Shown in pieces: positions 20,990-30,289 of a stretch of 64,000 nt of DNA. Numbering within the stretch: position 1 is the stretch's first letter; the number at the start of each line of letters is the position of its first letter. A model generated the notes under the pieces. That model was not told the DNA's origin and made no database searches. It saw only the letters and a program-made list of their open reading frames with translations. The translations under genes were made by a program, and so were the position numbers. Source of the stretch: Candidatus Marinacidobacterales bacterium (GTDB taxonomy: Bacteria > Acidobacteriota > Vicinamibacteria > Marinacidobacterales > DATDRI01); assembly GCA_965219415.1 (NCBI GenBank), contig CBDCNP010000002.1, positions 4,480,001 to 4,544,000 of the forward strand. Direction: 5' to 3'.

Positions 20990-23281
20990 TCAGGAAGCAG
21001 CATCTTCACGGCGGCCCCGAACGGACCATCCTGTCGTCAGTCCTACGACGAACCAGCCCATTGCCAGCATCCCGGCTGCGAATATCGTGTCTCCGACTAC
21101 ACGCAGCCAACGGAAGGTCTCAAGCAAGGGGGTCTGAAGGAAATCGGCGGATCGTGCGTACCACATGCCGTATTCCACGCTAGCCCAGGTCTGCGCGAGT
21201 CCTACCGGTAGCAGGCTCAGGACAACCATAAGTGCCAGCCCGATGTTCATAGCCCAGAAGGCAAAGGCGAGAACTCCGGTGCGCCATGCCTGACGCATCG
21301 TGAGAACACGAAGGCTCAGAAGCGTCAGCCCGATGCCCAGCATTCCATACACGCCGAACAGCGCTGTGTGCGCGTGAACGGGCGTCGTATTGAGACCTTG
21401 CATGTAGTACAGGGCGATGGGAGGGTTGATCAGAAACCCGAACAGGCCGGCTCCTACCAGATTCCAGAAGGCCACCGCCACGAAGAAATAGATCGGCCAC
21501 TTGTAGTTTCGGACCCACCCGGTGAGATGCGCCATCGCCCAGTTGTCGTAGCCCTCGTAGCCGATCATCACAAGCGGCATGAGCTCAAGGGCACTGAAGG
21601 TCCCGCCGAGAGCGAGGATGACAGGCGTCGTCCCGGTGAAATACAGATGGTGGAACATTCCCAGCACACCGCCTGTCAGATACAGAATAGTGGTGAAGAG
21701 AACCGCCATTGTCGCGGACCGGACTCGCACCAGCCCGAGCCGGGTGAACGCCAACGCGATGACGGTGACCGCGAAGACCTCGAAAAATCCCTCGACCCAG
21801 AGGTGCACAACCCACCAGCGCCAGTACTCAGCAATGGCCAGGTTCGTCTCCCGTCCCCACATCAGACCCGCGCCGTAGAACAGAGCGATCGCGGCAACCG
21901 AAAGCGTGAAGACAAGGAGTAGTTGCCGGTCCACGCCGCGAGCTCTCCGCAGGGCCGGCCAGAGGGCACGGAACATCAGCGTCAGCCACAGAAGCAGGCC
22001 GATAAAGAGCAGGATCTGCCATAATCGGCCGAGGTCGACATACTCGAAACCCTGATGCCCAATCCAGAAGTTCAGAACATCTTCGAGCTGCTGATGGATT
22101 GCGAAGGCCTGACCGGCCATTGAGCCTCCGACCACGAGGATCAGAGCGACAAAAAGGACGTTGACGCCGACGCGCTGAAATTGTGGCTCGTGCCGGGCAA
22201 TGATGGGTGCCAGACATAGACCGGTCGCAAGCCAGGACGTCGCAATCCAGAAGATACCCAGTTGCACGTGCCAGGTGCGAGCCAGTGAATAGGGCACCCA
22301 GTCTGCCAGGGGGATCCCATAGAATGCCGTGCCCTCTACTCCATAGTGGGCGGCGGCCACGCCGGACGCCATCTGTACAAGGAGCAGTCCGCCAACAAGC
22401 CAGAAATACTTGGCCGTCGCTTGCATCGACGGTGTGGGCTGGATACCAATCAGCGGATCTTCCGGCACCGCCGCGTGTGCGCTGGCCCATGCGCCCCGGG
22501 TTGCTGCATAGAACCAGGCCAGCGCACCGATCCCGCCCAAAAGCAGGACGAAACTGCCGACCGACACCACGACGATCAGGCCAGTCGGCCGGTTCCCAAT
22601 AAGCTCTTCCGGCGGCCAGTTGTTCGTGTACGTAATGTCGCGGCCGGGTCGGTTGGTCCCGCAGGCCCATGTCGCCCAGAAAACGAAAGCCGTGAGATTG
22701 CTCCGGCGCGTGTCGCCCTGTACGGTGTCGGTCGTCATCGCATAGCTCTCGCGAAGCGTATCCAGCTCGGGGTCACTGCCAAAGAGGCCCGTATAGTGGC
22801 GTTGAACCGTGCGGATGGCCTCCGCCCGAAGTGTCGACACCTCAATTGTCTGCGTAGTGGGATCGTACGTGTTGGTTCTGAACTCAGTCTCCAGTCGTGC
22901 CCGAAGCGCAGCCTGCCGTTCCCGGTCCAGTTCCTCATAAGCCTGATCGAATTCGCGCGTCGCCCACTCGTTCAGAATCCATGTGGCCTCACGATGGAGC
23001 CAGTCGGCCGTCCAGTCGGGTGCCGTGTAGGCGCCATGGCCCCAGATCGAACCCAGCTCCTGCCCTCCTATCGATCTCCAGACGTCCTGACCGGCTAGAA
23101 TCTGCTCACCCGTGAAGAGCAACTGCCCGTCGGTTGCAACAATCCGGTCGGGTATCGGAGGCGCCTCCTGGTAAATCTCACCTCCGTAGTAAAGCAAGGC
23201 TCCGAAAGAGCCGGCAACGACGATGGCCAGGACAAGCCACAGCTGACGGAGGTGCAGGTCTGCCAAGCGTTCATCCGACAT
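20990..23281 (-). CDS. norB: Quinol-dependent nitric oxide reductase (qNOR)
   Basis: 763 aa; 'GSIWGHGAY.APDWTADWLHRE', 'RWWVVHLWVEGFFEVF', 'HHLYF', 'TTPVHAHTALFGVYG'. Confidence 0.95.
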   Translation of the reverse strand: MSDERLADLHLRQLWLVLAIVVAGSFGALLYYGGEIYQEAPPIPDRIVATDGQLLFTGEQILAGQDVWRSIGGQELGSIWGHGAYTAPDWTADWLHREATWILNEWATREFDQAYEELDRERQAALRARLETEFRTNTYDPTTQTIEVSTLRAEAIRTVQRHYTGLFGSDPELDTLRESYAMTTDTVQGDTRRSNLTAFVFWATWACGTNRPGRDITYTNNWPPEELIGNRPTGLIVVVSVGSFVLLLGGIGALAWFYAATRGAWASAHAAVPEDPLIGIQPTPSMQATAKYFWLVGGLLLVQMASGVAAAHYGVEGTAFYGIPLADWVPYSLARTWHVQLGIFWIATSWLATGLCLAPIIARHEPQFQRVGVNVLFVALILVVGGSMAGQAFAIHQQLEDVLNFWIGHQGFEYVDLGRLWQILLFIGLLLWLTLMFRALWPALRRARGVDRQLLLVFTLSVAAIALFYGAGLMWGRETNLAIAEYWRWWVVHLWVEGFFEVFAVTVIALAFTRLGLVRVRSATMAVLFTTILYLTGGVLGMFHHLYFTGTTPVILALGGTFSALELMPLVMIGYEGYDNWAMAHLTGWVRNYKWPIYFFVAVAFWNLVGAGLFGFLINPPIALYYMQGLNTTPVHAHTALFGVYGMLGIGLTLLSLRVLTMRQAWRTGVLAFAFWAMNIGLALMVVLSLLPVGLAQTWASVEYGMWYARSADFLQTPLLETFRWLRVVGDTIFAAGMLAMGWFVVGLTTGWSVRGRREDAAS

Positions 23282-23326
23282 CAGGCACTCCTTACAATCA
23301 GAAGGTTAAGCAACATAATATGACAG

Positions 23327-23357
23327 GTGCTTCCGCAATTAAGTGTTGGCGGCCAGC
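23327..23357 (+). repeat. Isolated IS1-type end
   Basis: GGTGCTTCCGCAATTAAGTGTTGG. Confidence 0.75.
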
Positions 23358-23504
23358 TGTGCCTTCTATTTATTCATCCGCCAGCCCATGGGTCGGAAGT
23401 CAGCCCTGCGGCGCGAAATACCCTGGATTCTGCGCGGATTCCAAGGGCGTCTAAGCTGCTGATTTGTGGTTTATTTCAAAAGGGCCGAGTTTTGGCACAG
23501 GACG
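23358..23504 (+). mobile_element. MITE M2
   Basis: X to Y, 147 bp. Confidence 0.9.
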
Positions 23505-23645
23505 GGTACGAGTTGCTCCAACACCCTGGCCGCCAGCGGAGTTCCCTGGCCGATCGGTAGCCGCGCATACTCGTCCACCAACTGCCGAACCGCCTCGGCA
23601 TGCTTGAAGTTGTTCAAGTCAGCTTCGAGGACCTCGAGATTCATC
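23505..23645 (-). pseudogene. Probable GNAT acetyltransferase N-terminal fragment
   Basis: 'MNLEVLEADLNNFKHAEAVRQLVDEYARLPIGQGTPL', cut at the Y end. Confidence 0.55.
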
Positions 23646-23691
23646 GTTTTTTTGAAGTCCTTACCCTTGGGGCGGGACTTATCATGGCAGG

Positions 23692-23796
23692 ATGACCTGA
23701 CCCCACGGTTAGTACCACGTTGTATCTCAGTCATTCGGTGCTGACAAGGGCTGGTTGAAGCCGGCGTGGCAAAGCCGGTTTCAACCAAATCGTTTC
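23692..23796 (+). repeat. ~105-bp IS3-like end fragment with hairpin
   Basis: TGACCTGACCCC terminus; stem GGTTGAAGCCGGC/GCCGGTTTCAACC; copy at 39269-39372. Confidence 0.7.
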
Positions 23797-23992
23797 AAGT
23801 TTTGTGTCTGTCTTTCCCCTGAAATGGGATGTTGTTAGGTCTGGTCGCCACCCTTGCCTATGGCGCCGTGGGGCGCTTCTTAGTTTATGGAAGGGACAGC
23901 CGAGTTTTGGCACAGGACGGGGGCGGAAGGCAAAGGCAGAGGACCCGAAGCTCAAGGAACTCGAGCGTGAGAATGCGCGCCTGAAGCCGTCG

Positions 23993-24395
23993 TCTCGCTC
24001 GGGTGGAAACGAGACGGATGAAGCTGACTGACAAAGCCATCTTGAGGATGGTGAGCGAGTCACCGGGCCGTAACACAAGTGAACCCATAGGTGGCCCCGA
24101 CAAAAAAATAGACCCCAGAGGCCGAGTTTTCTCGTGTCGGACAAAGGCAACAGGATGTGTCGCCAGACTATCTGATGAGGCACATCCCTCTGGCGGGGTG
24201 GTAGGGACAGCACGGTGACAAGGACATGCCAAGCAACTGGAGAAGCCGTCCTCGTCCCGTCGAGAAATCGACGGAGCAAGGTAGACCGCATAACCGGAGG
24301 CCCCGGGAAAACGGTCGAAGACGAGACGGTGGCGGCTGGGTCCGTAGTAGCGTTGAAACGGGGCAACGCCCGTGGAGCAAAGGGGCCCTGCTGCA
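23993..24395 (+). ncRNA. Group II intron 5' fragment (domains I-III); no RT ORF or DV/DVI
   Basis: 'AAGCAACTGGAGAAGCC' and DII/DIII-like 'GGGTCCGTAGTAGCGTTGAAACGGGGCAACGCCCGTGGAGCAAAGGGGCCCTGCTG'; cut by an X end at 24403-24440. Confidence 0.7.
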
Positions 24396-24566
24396 CACAA
24401 CTCAAGTTCGGTGCGCGCGGATGAATAAATAGAAGGCACAACCCTCTTGATGGTGTTGCGTCCGAGTTCATGTCCGAGGCTCTTGACTGCGCCCCGCAGG
24501 CGCGTATATCCCCACGTCGGGTTCTCCCGTTCGGACACGACGGCAAAGCAGGTATAATCAAAGTTT

Positions 24567-25229
24567 GTGAAGCGGACTTTCCCCACAATCCTGCTTTGCT
24601 CTTTTGTCGCGGCCTGTGCCAGCCGCGGACCGTCGGCGACGACACCCTCCGGCACGCCAGCCCCGGCTCCGCTTCGCGGAACCACTTTCGAGGGCCTTGC
24701 TTCCTGGTACGGGCTGGAAGAAGAAGGTCGGGCCACCGCGAGCGGAGAGCCGATGGACCCTGAACGGTTCACTGCAGCCCATCGGACCTTTCCCTTCGGC
24801 ACCGTGTTGCGGGTCACCGACCCCGATAACGGGCGCAGCGTGGTGGTGGTGGTCAACGACCGGGGCCCTTTTATCGACGGACGGGTCCTGGATCTTTCCT
24901 ACGGCGCGGCGAAGGCGATCGACATGGTCCAAAAGGGCGTAGCGCCGGTCCAGATTGAAGTCATCCAAGTAGATCAAAGTCGTCTGGCCACCCGTTGGAG
25001 AGTCCAGCTCGGCTCGTTCCGCGACGAGTCGGCCGCCAAAGAGCTCGCCGATGAGATCAAGCGGGAAGGACATCGTCCGGTCGAGATCTCTGGATTCCGG
25101 GCGAGCGGTCGGCTCTACTATCGTGTTTGGGTCGGAGAATTCGTTTATCGGGCGGATGCCGAAGATCTAGCTCGTGAGTTTCGCCGGGAAGGGCGTGAAA
25201 CAGTTGTGATGCAAACCCCCTTTCGGTGA
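24567..25229 (+). CDS. rlpA: RlpA-family septal ring lytic transglycosylase lipoprotein with SPOR domain
   Basis: Lipobox 'VAAC', 'GLASWYG', 'TAAHRTFPFGT', 'VNDRGPF', SPOR 'VQLGSF'. Confidence 0.9.
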   Translation: MKRTFPTILLCSFVAACASRGPSATTPSGTPAPAPLRGTTFEGLASWYGLEEEGRATASGEPMDPERFTAAHRTFPFGTVLRVTDPDNGRSVVVVVNDRGPFIDGRVLDLSYGAAKAIDMVQKGVAPVQIEVIQVDQSRLATRWRVQLGSFRDESAAKELADEIKREGHRPVEISGFRASGRLYYRVWVGEFVYRADAEDLAREFRREGRETVVMQTPFR

Positions 25230-25388
25230 CGCCCGCTAGATCCCGACTTGTCCCTTCCATCAACTTGAGCTGCATGAGATTGGCGAACTGCCTGCAACCA
25301 GGATGCTTTGGTCGTCTTCATGTAGGACGTTTTGAGAGCCGGCGTCGGCTCTACTCAGGGGTAGAGGTGTAAGCTGGTGCGAAGTCCC

Positions 25389-25554
25389 GGTGCTTCCGCC
25401 ATTAAGTGTTGGTGAGATGACGCTAAGACTTTACGCTGCATTAAATTACAGCCAAAATGGCGCTCGCGACCTTCGCCGCGCGCTAAATGGAGCGTAAGCG
25501 CTTTTTTTGCAAAGGGATACGTACACATCACCAACAGCAAACAGTGCAAGCACC
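25389..25554 (+). mobile_element. MITE M1, complete (166 bp)
   Basis: GGTGCTTCCGCC...GCAAGCACC. Confidence 0.9.
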
Positions 25555-25646
25555 TCAGTCCGAGCGCAAGGTGCGCTCCCGTGAACGGCTTGGCGGGTTG
25601 CTACGTTTCTACCATCGGGAAGCCGCATGCGTATTTTGACCTCACG
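25555..25646 (+). mobile_element. Right part of the T/V element (V end)
   Basis: Begins with the duplicated TCAGTCCG; matches 16119-16210. Confidence 0.8.
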
Positions 25647-26423
25647 GGTAGCCGTCGATACGACGTAGCTTGATCTGACCGGAAGCTACGAGTCCGAAAA
25701 GCAAAGCGCCGGCGGACTCCTCGGTGGTGAACGACGCCTGGGTCTTGGTCCGGCGGCGAAACTCGCGGTTCAAGTTTTCCAAGGCGTTGGTTGTACGGAT
25801 CGACTTCCACATTGCACGCGGGAACTCGTAGAACGTGAGGAGGTGGCCACCTGCCTCCTGATCAGCGACGGCCACAAGGGGCTGACGAAAGCGCTGGAGA
25901 AGTGGCCGGGGTGCCGGTGGCAGCGATGTACCGAGCACAAGCGCGCCAACTTGCTCCAACATTGCCCGGCGCACGCACGCCGTGAGCTCCGGCGTGACTA
26001 CAACCGGATCGTCTACGCCAAGAACGGGTTCGATGCTCGCAAAGCCTATGACGAGCTCGTCGCCAAGTGGACGCCTCTCGCGCCGGCCGTCGTCCGAAGC
26101 CTAGAGGAGGCCGGCAATCAGCTGCTGACCTTCTACGAATTCCCTCGTGCCATGTGGAAATCGATTCGAACGACCAATGCTCTGGAGAATCTCAACCGCG
26201 AGTTTCGACGCCGGACGAAAACCCAAGCGTCGTTCTCCAGCGAGGAGTCTGCGGTCGCTTTGCTGTTTGGGCTTATCGCCTCTGGCCAGATTCAACTACG
26301 ACGCATCGACGGCTACCAACGTCTGAGCGAGGTTCTCGAACACGCGGAGGTTGCCGCCTGATATGATACTCTGATGACGGAGTGGAGGGCGCCGTTCTTT
26401 TTCCACGGACCTCGGGACACATC
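25647..26423. mobile_element. Two back-to-back IS256-family transposase 3' fragments
   Basis: 'IRTTNALENLNREFRRRTK' on both strands (25647-25856 minus; 25843-26361 plus); 'ISDGHKGL', 'QRCTEH'; right end ...TTCCACGGACCTCGGGACACATCC. Confidence 0.85.
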
Positions 26424-26571
26424 CGATCCTCATGTTTCCGGAGATTGAAGGGACCGAGTCGTTCTGGAAGGCTCACACGCCTCCGAACCTCCTTGAGCGA
26501 ATCGGGGTCTAGGGTTTGAACAAATACAGGAAAATGATATGTGTCGAATACGGGATTATGCATTTCACTAA

Positions 26572-27081
26572 ATGCGCCCACAGTGGCAGGCTCCGGGGGT
26601 GGTTAAGGCCAAATTCGCTTGGAACTCGCTGTTCATCGCCGGAGATATTTTCGCGGTCGTGCGTTGGATTTTCAAGGACGGGCTCACAGTGAACATCCAG
26701 CTTGGGTACCCAGAATACGCAGCTATTCTTGCGTTTTGCACCTCGATGCTTATCTTGACCAATTGGAAATGGATAAATAGGCTGAGGCCGTCGGTACAAT
26801 TTTCTGGGTTGCATCCAGAGATTGTAAGGTGTCGAGACGAAGCGGCAAAGCTAATGCAGCTCAAATCCTTCGAGCCAGAAAAGTTCGCGTTGATCCTGGA
26901 GTTACAGTACGAATTTGAGCGATTGGAAATTCCAACGCCCATGAAAGATTTGAGGGGATTGAAGACACCTGTCCAGTTTGCAGCTTGGAAAGATGCCCTG
27001 TTTGTGTTTTTTCAAAAAATGGTACCCCTCGCAAAGCATCGTGAATTGAAGAAGGCTCGTGCGTATTGGAAATCAGCCTAG
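26572..27081 (+). CDS. Hypothetical membrane protein (low GC)
   Basis: 169-aa ORF with two hydrophobic N-terminal segments. Confidence 0.55.
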   Translation: MRPQWQAPGVVKAKFAWNSLFIAGDIFAVVRWIFKDGLTVNIQLGYPEYAAILAFCTSMLILTNWKWINRLRPSVQFSGLHPEIVRCRDEAAKLMQLKSFEPEKFALILELQYEFERLEIPTPMKDLRGLKTPVQFAAWKDALFVFFQKMVPLAKHRELKKARAYWKSA

Positions 27082-27158
27082 ATGGGCATTTGACTAAATC
27101 CTAGGCCTCGCCCTATAGTCCCACCTGCCAAACAACTGCGGTAGGTCCATCCCATCGG

Positions 27159-28438
27159 TGTGCATCGTCAAAACTGCTCCGCCCACGAAATCGAGGACTT
27201 ACGCTCCGCTTGAATTCCGGGCCGAAGACGGCGAAACTCCGCCGCTATGCTCAACGTTGTTGTCTTCCTCGTCTCACTTGGCGTCCGTGCCATTCGGGCG
27301 ATGTGTCGGCGCCGCGCCGACCTGGTGTTGGAGAACGTCGCTTTGCGGCAGCAAGTGACGGAAGAAAGAGCGCCCACGCGCACCGCTCGAAGACACGGAA
27401 CGGGCTTTCTGGGTTGCCCTTCGAGGTTCGTGGCCCGTGTGGGCGAGCCGCCTGCTCACCGTCCACGCGGACACCGTGGCCCGTTGGCATCGCGACCGAT
27501 TCCGACGGTACTGGGCAAAGATCTCGCAGCGCCGCCATCCCGGTCGACCTCGGATTGATGCCGAGATTCGTCGCCTCGTCCGCACGATGGCGCAAGACGG
27601 CTGGGGGGCGCCACGCATCCATGCTGAGCTCACCAAGCTCGGTTTCATCATCTCCGAGAGCACGGTGTCGCGATACCTGCCGCGGCGTCCCGCGGAGCCC
27701 GACCAGCTGAAGCGATGGATGGCTTTCTTGCGCAACCATAAAGATGATATCGCCGCCATGGATCTGTTCACCGTGCCCACCGCGTCGCTCAGGCTGCTGT
27801 ACGGCATCTTCGTCATCGAACACGGTCGTCGGCACATCGTTCACTTCAACGCCACGTTCCACCCGACGTCTGCTTGGGTTATTCAGCAACTGCGTGAGGC
27901 GTTTCCCTACGACACCGCTCCGAGATATCTCATCTTCGATCGCGACTTCATCTTTAACGCTGCGGTCATCGAGTTCATCAAGGCAACGGGCACAAAACCC
28001 GTTCGCACTTCGTTTCGCAGCCCATGGCAAAACGGAACCGCGGAGCGGTGGGTCGGCAGCTGCCGTCGCGAGCTCCTTGAGCACGTCGTGGTTCTCGGCG
28101 CATGTCATCTCATCCGGCTCGTGCAAGCTTACATCAGCTACTATCATGAGGACCGTTGCCACTTGGGGCTGAACAAGGACACACCGAGCTTGAGAGCGGT
28201 CACGCACCGACCGTCTCCTACGGTGAAAGTAGTCGCACTGCCGCGAGTCGGTGGACTGCACCATCGATACGAGTGGCGAGAGGCAGCCTGAGTCAGCTTG
28301 GTCGCTCGCGTTACTCGGCTGGTCGCCGAGAAGTTCGTCCTCAGCACCTTCCCTCGCGCGCTGACCACGCTCTCCAGCATGGACTCGAGGGCTGTCCTGG
28401 CCTGGAGTCCAGTCCCGGACTAATAATGATGATGGACA
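27159..28438 (+). mobile_element. rve IS copy 4, frameshifted by a small deletion near 27360
   Basis: Ends intact; ORF split into 27247..27558 and 27437..28291. Confidence 0.93.
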
Positions 28439-28459
28439 GGATCCACGAGTGATACGGAG

Positions 28460-30289
28460 ATGCCAACAAAACACGCAATTCTCGCCGAGCTGACAGCGAA
28501 CGAGCTGCGCGCCAGCATCGACTTCTATGAGCTGGCGGTTGCGGATCGCCGCGTCAAGCCGCAACTCGTTGATACGCTTGCCCGCTCGCGGAAGGCGCGG
28601 CTCTATGAGATTCTGCAAGACCTCTCTAGAGAGCGCCTGAAGGAGCTGTGTCGAACGTTCGACCTCGATGATTCCGGCAGGAAAAAGGAGGATCTCGTAG
28701 CCCGTCTTATCCGACCGGCCGCTGCGTCGAAGAACAACACCGGGAACGTGCCCGCGCCAACCCGTTCCGTGGCAGAGGCGCCAGAACCGCGGAGTGAAGA
28801 GCTGAGCGTCGCGCAGCTCGAGCAGTATCTCTGGTCCGCCGCCGACATCCTGCGCGGCTCCATCGACAGCAGCGACTACAAAACCTACATCTTCGGTCTG
28901 CTCTTTCTGAAACGGCTATCGGACCGCTTCGAGGAGGAAGCGGAGAAGCTCATCGCTAAGGGTTTCTCCGAGACGGTGGCATGGAGGGACCCGGACGAGC
29001 ACGAGTTCTTCGTACCGGACCGGGCGCGGTGGGGCACGATCCAAAAACGGGCGACCAACATCGGGGAGACGCTGAACAAGGCGTGTGTCGCGCTAGAGGA
29101 ACAGAACGGCGGACTGGAAGGGGTGCTTGCCGGCATCGACTACAACGACGAACACAAGCTCGGCGACACCCGGAACCGCGACACCGTGCTCGTACGTCTG
29201 GTGCAGCACTTCTCCCAAATTTCCCTCCGCAACGACCGCATGGCCGAGCCCGATCTTCTCGGTCGCGCCTACGAGTATCTGATCGAGCAGTTCGCCGACG
29301 ACGCGGGCAAGAAAGGCGGCGAGTTCTACACGCCGCGGATGGTGGTTAAGCTCATCGTCGCGCTGCTGGCGCCCACCGAACGGATGCGTATCTGCGACCC
29401 GACGGCCGGTTCCGGCGGCATGTTGATCGAGTGCGCCCATTACATCGAGCACAAAGGTGGCAACCCGCGCGACCTGACGCTGCACGGCCAGGAGAAGAAT
29501 CTGAGCACCTGGGCCATTTGCAAGATGAACATGCTGCTACACGGGCTGCCGGACGCCCGAATCGAGAAGGGCGACACGATTCGGGACCCGAAGCTCGTGG
29601 ATGAAGGAGAGCTTCTGCTGTATGACCGGGTGATCGCCAATCCGCCGTTCAGCCTCGACGAGTGGGGCCGCGACGTGGCCGAGAACGACGGCTACGGGCG
29701 GTTCCGGTTCGGCGTGCCGCCGAAGACGAAGGGTGATCTGGCGTTTGTCCAGCACATGGTGGCTGTGCTGAACACTTCGGGCCGACTCGGCGTCGTGATG
29801 CCGCACGGCGTTCTGTTCCGCGGCAGTGCGGAGGGGAAGATCCGCCAGGGCTTGCTGGAGGAGGATCTCTTCGAGGCAGTCATCGGCTTGGCCCCGAACC
29901 TCTTCTACGGCACCGGCATCCCGGCGTCCATCCTGGTGCTGAATCGGGACAAGCCGGCGACAAGGAAGGGCAAGGCGCTGTTCATCGACGCGTCCGGCGA
30001 GTTCGAAGAGGGGAGCAACCAGAACCGCCTGCAGGACCAGGACATCGAGCACATCTCCAAAACGTTCCATGCGTACGCCGACGTAGAAAAATATGCGCGG
30101 GTCGTGCCGCTTGCCGAGATCGAACAAAACGACTGGAACCTTAACATCAGCCGCTACGTGGACACTTCAGAAGAAGAGGAGCGAATCGATGTGGCAGAGG
30201 CCGTGCGGAAGGTGAGGGAGCTAGAACGGGAGCGCGCGGCGGCCGAGACGACGATGAACCGATACCTGGCGGAGTTGGGATATGAGTAA
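28460..30289 (+). CDS. hsdM: Type I R-M methyltransferase
   Basis: 'LWSAADILRG', 'GEFYTP', 'DPTAGSGG', 'ANPPF', 'PHGVLFRG'. Confidence 0.97.
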   Translation: MPTKHAILAELTANELRASIDFYELAVADRRVKPQLVDTLARSRKARLYEILQDLSRERLKELCRTFDLDDSGRKKEDLVARLIRPAAASKNNTGNVPAPTRSVAEAPEPRSEELSVAQLEQYLWSAADILRGSIDSSDYKTYIFGLLFLKRLSDRFEEEAEKLIAKGFSETVAWRDPDEHEFFVPDRARWGTIQKRATNIGETLNKACVALEEQNGGLEGVLAGIDYNDEHKLGDTRNRDTVLVRLVQHFSQISLRNDRMAEPDLLGRAYEYLIEQFADDAGKKGGEFYTPRMVVKLIVALLAPTERMRICDPTAGSGGMLIECAHYIEHKGGNPRDLTLHGQEKNLSTWAICKMNMLLHGLPDARIEKGDTIRDPKLVDEGELLLYDRVIANPPFSLDEWGRDVAENDGYGRFRFGVPPKTKGDLAFVQHMVAVLNTSGRLGVVMPHGVLFRGSAEGKIRQGLLEEDLFEAVIGLAPNLFYGTGIPASILVLNRDKPATRKGKALFIDASGEFEEGSNQNRLQDQDIEHISKTFHAYADVEKYARVVPLAEIEQNDWNLNISRYVDTSEEEERIDVAEAVRKVRELERERAAAETTMNRYLAELGYE

